Shown here piece by piece: positions 27,834 to 36,647 of a stretch of DNA of 64,000 nt. Position 1 is the first letter of the stretch, and each line of letters begins with the position of its first letter. The stretch is from Klebsiella phage vB_KM5a1-KLB31. The stretch lies in the sequence record PP582757.1. One strand, written 5' to 3'. Under the pieces are notes generated by a model. The model saw only the letters and a program-made list of their open reading frames with translations, made no database searches and was not told where the DNA came from. A program made the position numbers and the translations under genes.

Positions 27834-28008
27834 ATTCTATACCATCCATAGCAAGAATGTGTTTACGTTGCTTTTGTAGAGCCTCTGCAGCAAAAGTATA
27901 TTCGTCTTCAGTGCCTATAGCAGCCATAACTCCGGCATGTTTAGCCAATTTAATAAGCTTATCAATTTGCTCTACAATATAACACTGCTCTTCATCAGAC
28001 ATAGTCAT
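27823..28008 (-). CDS. Hypothetical protein (tk.x)
   Basis: 61 aa. Confidence 0.35.
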   Translation of the reverse strand: MTMSDEEQCYIVEQIDKLIKLAKHAGVMAAIGTEDEYTFAAEALQKQRKHILAMDGIEYDY

Positions 28009-28214
28009 TTCGGCTCACCATATTCAACCCATTCAGGAGTAGATTGGAAGAATCCTTCACCAGCATGATTCTTACACGTTTTGTTAGAGCAATATAACCA
28101 CCAATCCCATTCAGAATACGGTTTAGTGTTCATAAGCCCATCATTACATAAAGAGAACACGATAGGCCATTTGCAATCTTTACAACGGTTCTTTTCTTTG
28201 ATATGGGTTTGCAT
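28005..28214 (-). CDS. Small Cys-rich protein
   Basis: 69 aa with CKDCKW...C...C..KTCKNH. Confidence 0.4.
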   Translation of the reverse strand: MQTHIKEKNRCKDCKWPIVFSLCNDGLMNTKPYSEWDWWLYCSNKTCKNHAGEGFFQSTPEWVEYGEPK

Positions 28215-28684
28215 TAATTACCGTCCCAATCAACAATAATGATATTCAGATTAGGAGTGAATATATCAATTAGAATTGATACCTTTTCCCAATCACCACC
28301 AGCAATACCACAACCGATACGAGGCATATAAATTGTCGGAGGAACAATCATTCTGTTACCCCATTGATTTAATTCTATCATACAGTTAACTAAAGCACCA
28401 TAGTCAAGATTTGGCCCGGGTTCGTATTGGGTATAAAGATTGAAGCAATATACTTCATGGTCATCTTGCCCATGTAACTTAACAGCACGAGTAAATGTAC
28501 CAAGTTTTTCTTTATCGCCTAATTCTGACAAACCTTTATCGGCGTTAAGAACTACAGGATAAGCGGCAGCCAATTGTCCTGCTACGCCTGCGCCCATTGT
28601 ATGGAAGCAATTACAGCCATGGGCTACGTTGTAACCTGACTTAAAAAGTGATACGATATTGCCAGTGATGTATTTGGTTATCAT
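28214..28684 (-). CDS. Macro-domain (ADP-ribose binding/processing) protein
   Basis: NVAHGCNCFHTMGAGVAGQLA corresponds to the macro-domain N-x(5)-G-G-G-V block; the product is 156 aa. Confidence 0.55.
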   Translation of the reverse strand: MITKYITGNIVSLFKSGYNVAHGCNCFHTMGAGVAGQLAAAYPVVLNADKGLSELGDKEKLGTFTRAVKLHGQDDHEVYCFNLYTQYEPGPNLDYGALVNCMIELNQWGNRMIVPPTIYMPRIGCGIAGGDWEKVSILIDIFTPNLNIIIVDWDGN

Positions 28685-29028
28685 TTGGAATTCAATCCAC
28701 GGTTATAAGAATCGACTAGTCTGTCAACCATTGATTCACAGACCGATTTATATTTTTCATCTGAAGGAATACATTCAGTAGTTAAAAGGCGGTCTTCGTA
28801 ACGTTTAGATAAGGTCCCTTCTCTAAAACGAGAACGGGAATCCATTTGACCATCTTTATACGCGACTATGACCTGGCTACTGAATTCGCTTATGCATTGT
28901 GTATTCTTAGGTGCGCAATAATCTTTAGCAGTTCTGTTCGCGTAGTCAATAATTTCTGACATATCGGTTGATGCTGAAACTCCCAAACTGAGTGTTAACC
29001 CCAAAGCTAAAGTTATCTGCTTTAACAT
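28681..29028 (-). CDS. Secreted/periplasmic protein
   Basis: An N-terminal signal peptide MLKQITLALGLTLSLGVSAS is present; 115 aa. Confidence 0.5.
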   Translation of the reverse strand: MLKQITLALGLTLSLGVSASTDMSEIIDYANRTAKDYCAPKNTQCISEFSSQVIVAYKDGQMDSRSRFREGTLSKRYEDRLLTTECIPSDEKYKSVCESMVDRLVDSYNRGLNSK

Positions 29029-29580
29029 TTATTCCACCGTTTGATGTAACATTTTGCGTGATTTTAGATAATTAGCTTTTTCAAGAACTTGTGATGCATA
29101 TTTGTTACCTGCTTTCACATTCCATCCTGCGTTGTATGAAGAAATAGCCTTTCTCATATCACCTTTGTGCACGTTTAACCAGTAAGATAATTCGATATAA
29201 GCCCAGGAAGCGCTATTAGAGCGTTTCTTGACCATTCTGATTATCTCTTTGTCTGACATGTTCCATCCAACCTGGTTGACCCTGTTACGTAAGGTTGGCA
29301 GGTAATTTTGGAACATACCGTATGCATGATGTTTCTGTTTTTGCATACCTGTATTTAAGCCAGCTGATGATTCTTGCCAAACCAAGGCAGCCATGATATA
29401 TCCCAAACCATTATTGTCATAACGGCTTTCGTGCTCTTTGAACTTACCCGACTTCTGGTATTGTTCACCAAAAGCATACGCATAATGTAAATTATCGAGT
29501 TGTTCATTACTGAAAGTAGGCTCTACGCTATGGGCAGACATACTTGCTGTCAATAGTAAGGCAGCTAATACTTTTTTCAT
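29029..29580 (-). CDS. Periplasmic lytic transglycosylase-like (SLT domain) protein
   Basis: Signal peptide MKKVLAALLLTASMSAHS plus the SLT catalytic block GYIMAALVWQESSAGLNTG. Confidence 0.6.
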   Translation of the reverse strand: MKKVLAALLLTASMSAHSVEPTFSNEQLDNLHYAYAFGEQYQKSGKFKEHESRYDNNGLGYIMAALVWQESSAGLNTGMQKQKHHAYGMFQNYLPTLRNRVNQVGWNMSDKEIIRMVKKRSNSASWAYIELSYWLNVHKGDMRKAISSYNAGWNVKAGNKYASQVLEKANYLKSRKMLHQTVE

Positions 29581-29590
29581 GAATTTTCCT

Positions 29591-30049
29591 TTAAATTAAA
29601 TCGATTACCTTTGTGCTGATTTTTCCTTCAAGACGACGATTGTTAATAAAAGCCATACGGCAGCACAGAGATGGCAGGCGTCCAGGAGTTGGACGATCTA
29701 CTGTCATTCCTAGCCATAAATTACGGTCTGTAATTTCCAGACGTAATGGACGATACTCTACACCTTCCACTTTGTCATCTTCAACATCAGGCAAGGCTGG
29801 GAGTTTGAGGAACTCTACAACGGTAGTGACATGGTTGTGGAGCAATTTGAACAGAGTAAAGACGTATTGCTCATCGATTTCACGTTGGATAGCACGGTCC
29901 AAGAGGTGTGGGCTGTACTTTACAAAAAAGCGTTCAACGCCATTTGCAGCACAAGATGTAGCAATTGTTTTGTTGATTTCTGCGAACTCGGTCTCAAAGA
30001 CACGACGCAGTTTGTTACGACGAATGTAAACGCTAGAATCAATAGACAT
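29591..30049 (-). CDS. regB: Sequence-specific endoribonuclease RegB
   Basis: MSIDSSVYIRRNKLRRVFETEFAEINKTIATSCAANGV...KYSPHLLDRAIQREIDEQYVF...GVEYRPLRLEITDRNLWLG...CRMAFINNRRL matches T4 RegB (153 aa). Confidence 0.93.
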   Translation of the reverse strand: MSIDSSVYIRRNKLRRVFETEFAEINKTIATSCAANGVERFFVKYSPHLLDRAIQREIDEQYVFTLFKLLHNHVTTVVEFLKLPALPDVEDDKVEGVEYRPLRLEITDRNLWLGMTVDRPTPGRLPSLCCRMAFINNRRLEGKISTKVIDLI

Positions 30050-30107
30050 TTTTATCTCCTTTTAGTGTGTAGAGTGATAGTAACACAACTAAAAGGAGAT
30101 GTAAACA

Positions 30108-30362
30108 CTATGGATAGAACGGGGTTAAAGACCAAGATTCTTTAGAAACTTTGTCGGCGAAAGCCATCATTTCTTCGATTTGACGCAGACGTTGGTCCGC
30201 ATAATCTTCTTCACCTTCTTCCTTACATGCTTCAAGGTCTTCTTCGAGATATTTCAAGTACTCGTTACAAATCTTGTTGACCTTTTCTTGAAAGTCCATC
30301 AGACCCGCTACAGTGCTCATCAGTATTTCTCTTCTGGCTGGAAAACTGCACGGCATGCCCAC
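30108..30362 (-). CDS. Hypothetical acidic protein (vs.x)
   Basis: 84 aa. Confidence 0.4.
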   Translation of the reverse strand: MGMPCSFPARREILMSTVAGLMDFQEKVNKICNEYLKYLEEDLEACKEEGEEDYADQRLRQIEEMMAFADKVSKESWSLTPFYP

Positions 30363-30649
30363 ATAGAGGCTTCTTTCAGTTTCTCTTTAGCGATACGCAT
30401 AGCATCACAGGCAGACAGAGCTTGGTCTAGTTCATTCTCGGACAAGCCTTCGCTGTTGACATAGACTTCAGTGAGCTCTTCGTCTAGGGTTTTAAAAATT
30501 AGACCAAGACGTTCTTCAGCATCTTTGATGGCATTTACTTTACCGATTTTATCTTCGGTATGCGGACGATAACCCTTAATATCTTCAATCGACATAAGGC
30601 ACCTCTTCATCGGTTTCTTTATCATATTCGACCAAGCGAATAGGTTCAT
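30320..30649 (-). CDS. Hypothetical protein (vs.x)
   Basis: 109 aa. Confidence 0.4.
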   Translation of the reverse strand: MNLFAWSNMIKKPMKRCLMSIEDIKGYRPHTEDKIGKVNAIKDAEERLGLIFKTLDEELTEVYVNSEGLSENELDQALSACDAMRIAKEKLKEASMWACRAVFQPEEKY

Positions 30650-30839
30650 TCACACCATAACCACGAGTAGAAATATAAGTGGTAGCATCTTCCCACTTCA
30701 TAGTTTCTTCGTTCCAGACACCATTCTGGTGAGCTTCCATAAAGTCTTGCTCACCTTGATTACTGAACCAGCCACAAAATGATTCCACTAAATGTGGCGC
30801 GCATTCGATAACAATTTTCGCCATGTTGGCTCCAAACAA
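30585..30839 (-). CDS. Hypothetical protein (vs.x)
   Basis: 84 aa. Confidence 0.4.
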   Translation of the reverse strand: MFGANMAKIVIECAPHLVESFCGWFSNQGEQDFMEAHQNGVWNEETMKWEDATTYISTRGYGVNEPIRLVEYDKETDEEVPYVD

Positions 30840-31138
30840 ATAATCTTACGATCGTAAGTGATAAGGCTTGAAGTTTTGATACCCTTACAAGGACCAGAGA
30901 TAAACTCTACTTCAAACCACGGATGCTCATTCATCAGACCAAGGTCTGGTGCTGTGCAAGTGAATAATGAGCCCTTAAAAGGCCCATCTAAAAATCGATG
31001 AAGACGAGGAGGCAAATGAGTTTTGCCAGAGAAATTAATATGAGCCAGCTTAACCAGTGTCTCAACGTTGCACTTACCCGAATCAATAAAGAAACGGAGC
31101 CATTCAGAAGCATTTTTAAAGCCCATATAATTCATCAT
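30788..31138 (-). CDS. Hypothetical protein (vs.x)
   Basis: 116 aa. Confidence 0.4.
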   Translation of the reverse strand: MMNYMGFKNASEWLRFFIDSGKCNVETLVKLAHINFSGKTHLPPRLHRFLDGPFKGSLFTCTAPDLGLMNEHPWFEVEFISGPCKGIKTSSLITYDRKIICLEPTWRKLLSNARHI

Positions 31139-31656
31139 TGTATTCCCATCACAAAGAACAGAGGATATTTGGCCCCACTTGTACGGGTAGCCAGTTTTAC
31201 GTTGTCTTCATACGCCTTATAAAACTTGTAAATTTCAGGCATCTTTGAACAAGGTTCATCAATTATAACTAAGACACGTGAAAGCGAAGTACCACGATAA
31301 GGTCTGTCACCAGAATCAGACAGAAAGCTACGCATTGAATGCGAAAATATTTGCAGTGGATTTATTTTAACATACTTATGCATGCATTTAATACGAATAC
31401 GGTCTTCTGTCGCTTTAGCATAAGAGCTATTATAAGCCAAACAAATTACCGTACCGCCTTCGTCAATCCAGTCTGCAGCAAATAAGGCTACTGCTTCGGT
31501 TTTACCGCTTTGACGGCCTGCATCAAGACGAAGTGTGCAATATTCTTGCATATTTGCTATACGGTCTTGTTCGTATTTTTGATTACTTAAAACATCGTCA
31601 GCATGGGCATGAAACGCATGCATCAGGGTCAAGTATGGAGCTGTAAGATATTTCAT
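31135..31656 (-). CDS. Small P-loop NTPase with a terminase-like Walker A (x-R-Q-S-G-K-T)
   Basis: Walker A LDAGRQSGKTEAV and Walker B RVLVIIDEP. The likely start is MKYLTAPY; the longer 223 aa reading frame would run through the upstream repeat copy and is probably not real. Confidence 0.5.
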   Translation of the reverse strand: MKYLTAPYLTLMHAFHAHADDVLSNQKYEQDRIANMQEYCTLRLDAGRQSGKTEAVALFAADWIDEGGTVICLAYNSSYAKATEDRIRIKCMHKYVKINPLQIFSHSMRSFLSDSGDRPYRGTSLSRVLVIIDEPCSKMPEIYKFYKAYEDNVKLATRTSGAKYPLFFVMGIQ

Positions 31657-31699
31657 TTTTGGATTCTCGGTTGGTTGGGCCGTTCCTTGGCACATTATG

Positions 31700-31950
31700 G
31701 TCCATTCGATACCACGTGTAAACCCCTTACCGTCGCGGACTGGCCTTATTACAGGCGGGAAAGGCCCATCACTCAAAGAGGAGAGGGTTGGTTCACCTTT
31801 TTCCATCCATGTTAATTATCCATCAGCCATCGGGATTGATGGGACCCTGATTGTAACTGGCTTTACCGCGCTCGGGCTCGACCTTGTTACAGGTGGGAAA
31901 AGGTACATCACTCAGAGGACACGACGTTCATGAGGAGAGGTTCGGTTCAC
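31700..31950. repeat. Two degenerate tandem copies of a ~100-bp element ending in GAGGAGAGG-TT(G/C)GGTTCACCTTT
   Basis: Copy 1 spans ~31705-31800 and copy 2 ~31845-31945. Both share the blocks TTACAGG(C/T)GGGAAA(A)GG..CATCACTCA(A/G)AG.....GAGGAGAGGTT.GGTTCACCTTT. Confidence 0.6.
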
Positions 31951-31960
31951 CTTTATTAGA

Positions 31961-32521
31961 TTAGCGAGCAGCGTTAGCTACTTCGTAAGCATATTCCACG
32001 TTAGGGTCTTTGAATACACCTTTACGGGTGTCCATTTCAGCTTTAAATCCACCACGAGTCATAACACCGCTGAATTCTTTACGGAAGTCAAAGCTATCCA
32101 TACCTTTCCATTGGCCTTTATTCTTAGCAAATTCAAGACCTGCAAAGTTAACTGCTTTAGCTAGTTTGTTATCAATTGTCCATTTGCCACCCTTAGGAAC
32201 GAAGGTGGGACCTTTCTGCTTAGAGAACAGTTTCAGGTGGACACGACGAAGAGCGGTGTCGGCCTTAACAAAGGCTGGGTCTAAGTTACCCGCAACGTAA
32301 TCTTCAATATGAGCAAATTTAAGACCATCGACTTCAATATTTAAATCAGTACGGTTCTGAAGACCTTGCCAAGCGAAAGCTTTAAAGTCGCTTCCTTTGG
32401 TGGCCAGATAACGATCAATGGATGCAGTTTTAGAATCAAAACCATTACCGCCATAAGTCCACTCGTCTTTGTTGATACCTTTGATGGCAGATTCAGCTAA
32501 AAATTCTTGGTAAGTTTTCAT
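31961..32521 (-). CDS. Internal head protein (IPII/IPIII-like) with capsid-targeting signal
   Basis: It starts MKTYQEFLAES..., the T4 internal-protein targeting peptide that gp21 prohead protease cleaves. Confidence 0.75.
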   Translation of the reverse strand: MKTYQEFLAESAIKGINKDEWTYGGNGFDSKTASIDRYLATKGSDFKAFAWQGLQNRTDLNIEVDGLKFAHIEDYVAGNLDPAFVKADTALRRVHLKLFSKQKGPTFVPKGGKWTIDNKLAKAVNFAGLEFAKNKGQWKGMDSFDFRKEFSGVMTRGGFKAEMDTRKGVFKDPNVEYAYEVANAAR

Positions 32522-32560
32522 AGAGTATCCTAAATAAGCCATCCTGGCACATTAAAGTCC

Positions 32561-33010
32561 TTAGAAGTATTTTTTGTATTCAGCCGGCGCTGATGATTTG
32601 TCGTACATCTTATCGCCAAGAACAAGACGCAGACCATCGCTATTGAAACGCTTCTTAGATTTCAAGAACGTGTCAGCGTAGTCGATAATAACAGCATTAC
32701 TGGAAATCACGTTTTGGATTTTGTATGCATGCATATTTGAAGGATAATCAGGGCGATATTTAGCCATGGTACCCGAAGCGTCTTTAACACCGAGAGAATC
32801 ACCGGCATTTAAAGAATAGACTTTTTCACTTGCGGCGGATTTCTTGGCCTGAGACAATACTTTTTTAGAAATCCAAGAATCTTTGGAAGCTTTTGAAGTA
32901 CTGTCATACGCAAAATTGTCGATGCCACCCACTAAACCAGGGACAGCAAATTTAGAAAGTTTTACCCACTTATCAGTGGATTCGGCTAAAAATTCTTGGT
33001 AAGTTTTCAT
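32561..33010 (-). CDS. Internal head protein (IPII/IPIII-like)
   Basis: MKTYQEFLAESTDKW...; 149 aa. Confidence 0.75.
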   Translation of the reverse strand: MKTYQEFLAESTDKWVKLSKFAVPGLVGGIDNFAYDSTSKASKDSWISKKVLSQAKKSAASEKVYSLNAGDSLGVKDASGTMAKYRPDYPSNMHAYKIQNVISSNAVIIDYADTFLKSKKRFNSDGLRLVLGDKMYDKSSAPAEYKKYF

Positions 33011-33018
33011 TTTATTTC

Positions 33019-33438
33019 CTAGTTTTGTGAATATGCCTTACCATAATATTTGTACCACAAAGGCTTTTGAGCAATTTTTTCATCAAGACGTGCCTGAGAC
33101 AACATGATGTCATCCAAAGATGGACGATAATGATTACGAAATTCCTTAGGAATGGCACTGATATCCTGGACAGTAACATCCTTGATATTGAACCCACGTT
33201 TTAAGCATTCGGCAATTAGTTGAGTTTGACGATCAACTAAGTAGTCAAGTTTGTCGTAGAAGAACGTGACATGACCTGTGCCTAACAAGAACTTAGAAGC
33301 AATTTTAAAGTCCTTGAGGCGTTTGCCGTTTTGCACATGCTTACGAACAGCGCCGAATACACGAGGCAGTTCACGATACTCGGCCATGAGATGTTGATCG
33401 GCGAGTTCAGAAACGAGAGTTAAGTTAATACGTGTCAT
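33019..33438 (-). CDS. denV: Endonuclease V (pyrimidine-dimer DNA glycosylase)
   Basis: [35 protein letters not shown]...[12 protein letters not shown]...WYKYYGKA is close to identical to T4 DenV (138 aa). Confidence 0.95.
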   Translation of the reverse strand: MTRINLTLVSELADQHLMAEYRELPRVFGAVRKHVQNGKRLKDFKIASKFLLGTGHVTFFYDKLDYLVDRQTQLIAECLKRGFNIKDVTVQDISAIPKEFRNHYRPSLDDIMLSQARLDEKIAQKPLWYKYYGKAYSQN

Positions 33439-33492
33439 GATGTCCTCCAAAGTTTAGGAAGACATCATACCACGGTACTATCCGGTTGTAAA

Positions 33493-33771
33493 CTACTTCT
33501 TAGAGTAGTCAGCCATCAGTTTAGCAACATCGCCTAGTTTCTTACCAAACAGGTAATCAACTTCTTTGCCGGCTTTATTAACGATCTGCCATTGGCCGTC
33601 ACCTTTGTTACCGAAAGTGAAATCACCTACTTTAAAAGAAGTGCCATTAACTTTTTTAATTGGAGTGAATTCAAAACCTTCTTTCTTTGCCAAGAAGGTC
33701 ATACGACGAAGAGTATCATCTTCTTCGTTCAGCTGAGTGCTTTCAGCGATAAATTCATTATAGGTTTTCAT
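33493..33771 (-). CDS. Internal head protein-like ([11 protein letters not shown] targeting peptide)
   Basis: It carries the capsid-targeting consensus at the internal Met; about 93 aa. Confidence 0.65.
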   Translation of the reverse strand: MKTYNEFIAESTQLNEEDDTLRRMTFLAKKEGFEFTPIKKVNGTSFKVGDFTFGNKGDGQWQIVNKAGKEVDYLFGKKLGDVAKLMADYSKK

Positions 33772-34255
33772 ATGCTTTCCAAGTTCCTGTTTTAAATGTT
33801 GCAATCACGCGACGAGCACGATTAGGGGTTTGTGTTTTGTACCAACGAGAATCAGCAAGCTCAATCGCTGCGGCGTCCCATTGTTTTGCTTTCAGAAGAC
33901 GCATTCCTTTAGGGAAGCCTGCAACGCCGGCTACGCCCATTTGGAATACCATATTAATTAATGCACAACGACGAACTTCATCAAGTACATCATAAACTGG
34001 TTTCAGGGTAGCATTAGCGAATATGCCTTTACGAGCCTTTTCTACAGAACCGTTAAACAATTCTTCGGCTTCACGTTGTGTAATACGACCATCACATATA
34101 CGACCCATCAATTTATCCAGAGCATCACGAGCGACGTCTTTAGATGGGTTCTTAGTAATCAGCTGGCCTATACCGATGGTCCAAAAGCCTTCGGTGTCTT
34201 TATACAATTCTAATTTGCAACCTTCGTCGATACGAAGCATGCCAAAAATGTCCAT
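33758..34255 (-). CDS. e: Lysozyme (endolysin) e
   Basis: [35 protein letters not shown]...[20 protein letters not shown]...[14 protein letters not shown]...GTWKAYENL is about 70% identical to T4 lysozyme (164 aa). Confidence 0.95.
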   Translation of the reverse strand: MDIFGMLRIDEGCKLELYKDTEGFWTIGIGQLITKNPSKDVARDALDKLMGRICDGRITQREAEELFNGSVEKARKGIFANATLKPVYDVLDEVRRCALINMVFQMGVAGVAGFPKGMRLLKAKQWDAAAIELADSRWYKTQTPNRARRVIATFKTGTWKAYENL

Positions 34256-34286
34256 AGGACCTCCTATCTATTGATAGGAGTATTTA

Positions 34287-34763
34287 TCAGCCTACAGACT
34301 TACTTTCTTTTGGAAACAGTCGTTGCATAACATTGAACAGACTTGGTCCCATTACGTAGTTCCACATGCATGGTTTAATCAATGCAAAACGATCAATTTC
34401 CGGGAAACGTTCGCCTGTTTCAGAGTCTTCATGATATGCCGTACAAACACAATCCTTGAACTGCTCGTGGCGGACAGGGAGCGGATAAAGGAATACATGC
34501 AAATCTTTATTACTGGCATACTTCTGGCGTCCTAGGTCCACCAGGAGTGACGCATCGTAATCAGTGAAACCTGTTTCTTCCCAGCATTCACGGATTGCTG
34601 CACGTAGAGGAGTTTCACCTTCTTCGACATGACCTTTTGGAATGTCCCAACGGGACGGCATTCCTGCACCAAGTCCTGAATTAGTCACACGACCCATAAA
34701 CAGTTCTTTGTCTTCGGTAAAGAACATAATACCTGCTGATACTTCTTTCTTAATTACTGCCAT
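34287..34763 (-). CDS. nudE: Nudix hydrolase NudE
   Basis: The Nudix box GHVEEGETPLRAAIRECWEETGF is present; the start is set at MAVIKKEV. Confidence 0.8.
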   Translation of the reverse strand: MAVIKKEVSAGIMFFTEDKELFMGRVTNSGLGAGMPSRWDIPKGHVEEGETPLRAAIRECWEETGFTDYDASLLVDLGRQKYASNKDLHVFLYPLPVRHEQFKDCVCTAYHEDSETGERFPEIDRFALIKPCMWNYVMGPSLFNVMQRLFPKESKSVG

Positions 34764-35259
34764 CTCTGCATCCTTTAATGAAGTTATCAAATTCGTCCCG
34801 TTTTGCTTGTTTCTTTTCTCTTGCTCTAAGAACCGGATAATGAATACCATAAGCCACAATACCAGTGAGAAGAGCAAGAGCACCACCTACTAATACAGAG
34901 AAAATTACCCATGGGATAGCGCAAGCTAATGAAACAAAGATTGCTCCTGCAATAGGTAGGCCTTTAGCCATAAAGATAGGCCATAAAATGAAATACACCA
35001 AAAGTGGATAACCAATCCACCCAAGAGAGTGAATGCCTACATCGACATTGCGGTCTATATTATCATACCAATATTCTTTTTCGTTTAGGTCTTTTTCTTT
35101 CTTAGGTTGATATCCAGCCACTTGACACCCCATATTATATTCCTCGATCAGACTTTGTTTTAAGTCTTCAGGACAACCAGTCCAATCAATCCAGTTCTCT
35201 GAACAACCCCAACAGGGGTCATCCAATTGTCGCCAATCAATTTGATGAATGGCCATCAC
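34750..35259 (-). CDS. Membrane protein
   Basis: 169 aa; the C-terminal half has 3 hydrophobic helices. Confidence 0.45.
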   Translation of the reverse strand: MMAIHQIDWRQLDDPCWGCSENWIDWTGCPEDLKQSLIEEYNMGCQVAGYQPKKEKDLNEKEYWYDNIDRNVDVGIHSLGWIGYPLLVYFILWPIFMAKGLPIAGAIFVSLACAIPWVIFSVLVGGALALLTGIVAYGIHYPVLRAREKKQAKRDEFDNFIKGCRDGSN

Positions 35260-35960
35260 CAGCCTTCCATCGGGAACTCAAGATAAACCTGAGCGTTCAC
35301 ACGAATTTCGTTGGTAATCTTTTTGACTCGGTCTGTATTACGAGAGACTCGACCGAACCAGCGCCAACCGTTAAGAACAGCTTTCGAACCAGTGTGCCAC
35401 GTTGCATGGTTAAATTCAAGCAAAGTACGGTCTGGGGCTTCCCACTTTTGGAGAGTTCCTTCTTCAATGTGACGAAGTACTTCCGGGTGCCAATGCTTAT
35501 AAATTGTTTTTCCTTCAGGCACTTCAGAGAACTCAGCCACCCCGGTAGCAAAATGAGTAGGACACACATCAGCATTAACAAGCCCAATAATATGTTCAGA
35601 GAGGTAACGAGGGTTATCATAATCGGGCTGTCCTGCTGTAAGGAAATGTTGTCCTGCAGGAATATCAGGACGAGGAACATCATCATGATGATAACCAGGG
35701 ATAGCAGGGTACCAGCCAGGCATCAACATATGGATACGTGTGTCAATTACAACCTGGTCGGTATTCCAATCATCAGGCAAGTTCATGATAAAGCTACGAG
35801 TAATAGGACCACCATTGTCGAAAGCGAAAGCCAATGAACTATTGAAGAACATTGTTTCATTCTTGATTTTATCATTGTCGATACGTCCAGCAAAACTACC
35901 TACTGCACGAGCCTGAGAATCAAAAGTTTTTGGACCGTTCATAATATTTTTCTCATTCAA
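35256..35960 (-). CDS. Hypothetical protein (e.x region)
   Basis: 234 aa; His/Asp-rich blocks (GYHHDDV, HWHPE). Confidence 0.5.
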   Translation of the reverse strand: MNEKNIMNGPKTFDSQARAVGSFAGRIDNDKIKNETMFFNSSLAFAFDNGGPITRSFIMNLPDDWNTDQVVIDTRIHMLMPGWYPAIPGYHHDDVPRPDIPAGQHFLTAGQPDYDNPRYLSEHIIGLVNADVCPTHFATGVAEFSEVPEGKTIYKHWHPEVLRHIEEGTLQKWEAPDRTLLEFNHATWHTGSKAVLNGWRWFGRVSRNTDRVKKITNEIRVNAQVYLEFPMEGW

Positions 35961-36150
35961 GAGTTATCAGACAGATTTCGATTTGACCTGTGGCCATGTT
36001 CACACATTGTACATCATTCAGCCTTAAGCCTACTTGACCTGTATTGGTAATACCGAGTTCAGTTTTCTCACCTTCAACGGTTGTTTCAGTGTAAGTAACA
36101 TCACAGCCTACAAGAGACATTGCAATCAAAATCATAGCTAAAGTTTTCAT
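35953..36150 (-). CDS. Small lipoprotein
   Basis: MKTLAMILIAMSLVGC has a signal peptide and a lipobox (LVGC); 65 aa. Confidence 0.55.
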   Translation of the reverse strand: MKTLAMILIAMSLVGCDVTYTETTVEGEKTELGITNTGQVGLRLNDVQCVNMATGQIEICLITLE

Positions 36151-36203
36151 TTCATCTCCTTAGTTGGTAGGAAGACTATACCACATCTTCCTACCATTGT
36201 AAA

Positions 36204-36647
36204 CTATACTCGGGTCACACCACCAGTAAATTTCTTAAGCTCATTTGCAAAACCTAATGCAACTTCGCGTTCACGGGTTTTAGCATTCATCAATTGGGCT
36301 TTAGAGTCTTTACGTTTTTGAAACCATTTCTTAAAAATATTGTTTGAAGCAATAGTACCATCAGACTTCAGACGGTTTTGCCGACGAAGACGTACATAAC
36401 GACACCAACGAGTCCAGAAATAGAACTGCTGGGCAATAACTGCTGCCCAAGTGAAATACCAAACCTGGGCAGAACCTTGGAACCAAGGACCAAAAATACT
36501 TAATCCCCACCAGGTCATCATACCAGTACCAAAAGCATATAGTGCAGATAAAACTACAATACCGAACATAACAAAGTCTTCATCAGACCAGCTTGCATTC
36601 ATCTTCCATAAGTATAGTTGCTTAATAATCATATTATTTTCCTTCAA
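36204..36647 (-). CDS. Membrane protein
   Basis: 147 aa with 3-4 TM helices and a basic C-terminal tail. Confidence 0.5.
   Translation of the reverse strand: MKENNMIIKQLYLWKMNASWSDEDFVMFGIVVLSALYAFGTGMMTWWGLSIFGPWFQGSAQVWYFTWAAVIAQQFYFWTRWCRYVRLRRQNRLKSDGTIASNNIFKKWFQKRKDSKAQLMNAKTREREVALGFANELKKFTGGVTRV

Noticed and set aside
31657-31806. N-terminal 50 residues (MEKGEPTLSSLSDGPF...) of the 223-aa track ORF
   Set aside because: This part of the frame is generated by translating through one copy of the degenerate tandem repeat. A second copy gives only a tiny out-of-frame ORF. The internal MKYLTAPY start is more plausible.
34256-34290. Late promoter for lysozyme e (GATAAATA on the minus strand)
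   Set aside because: The first position deviates from the strictly conserved TATAAATA, so it was not called.
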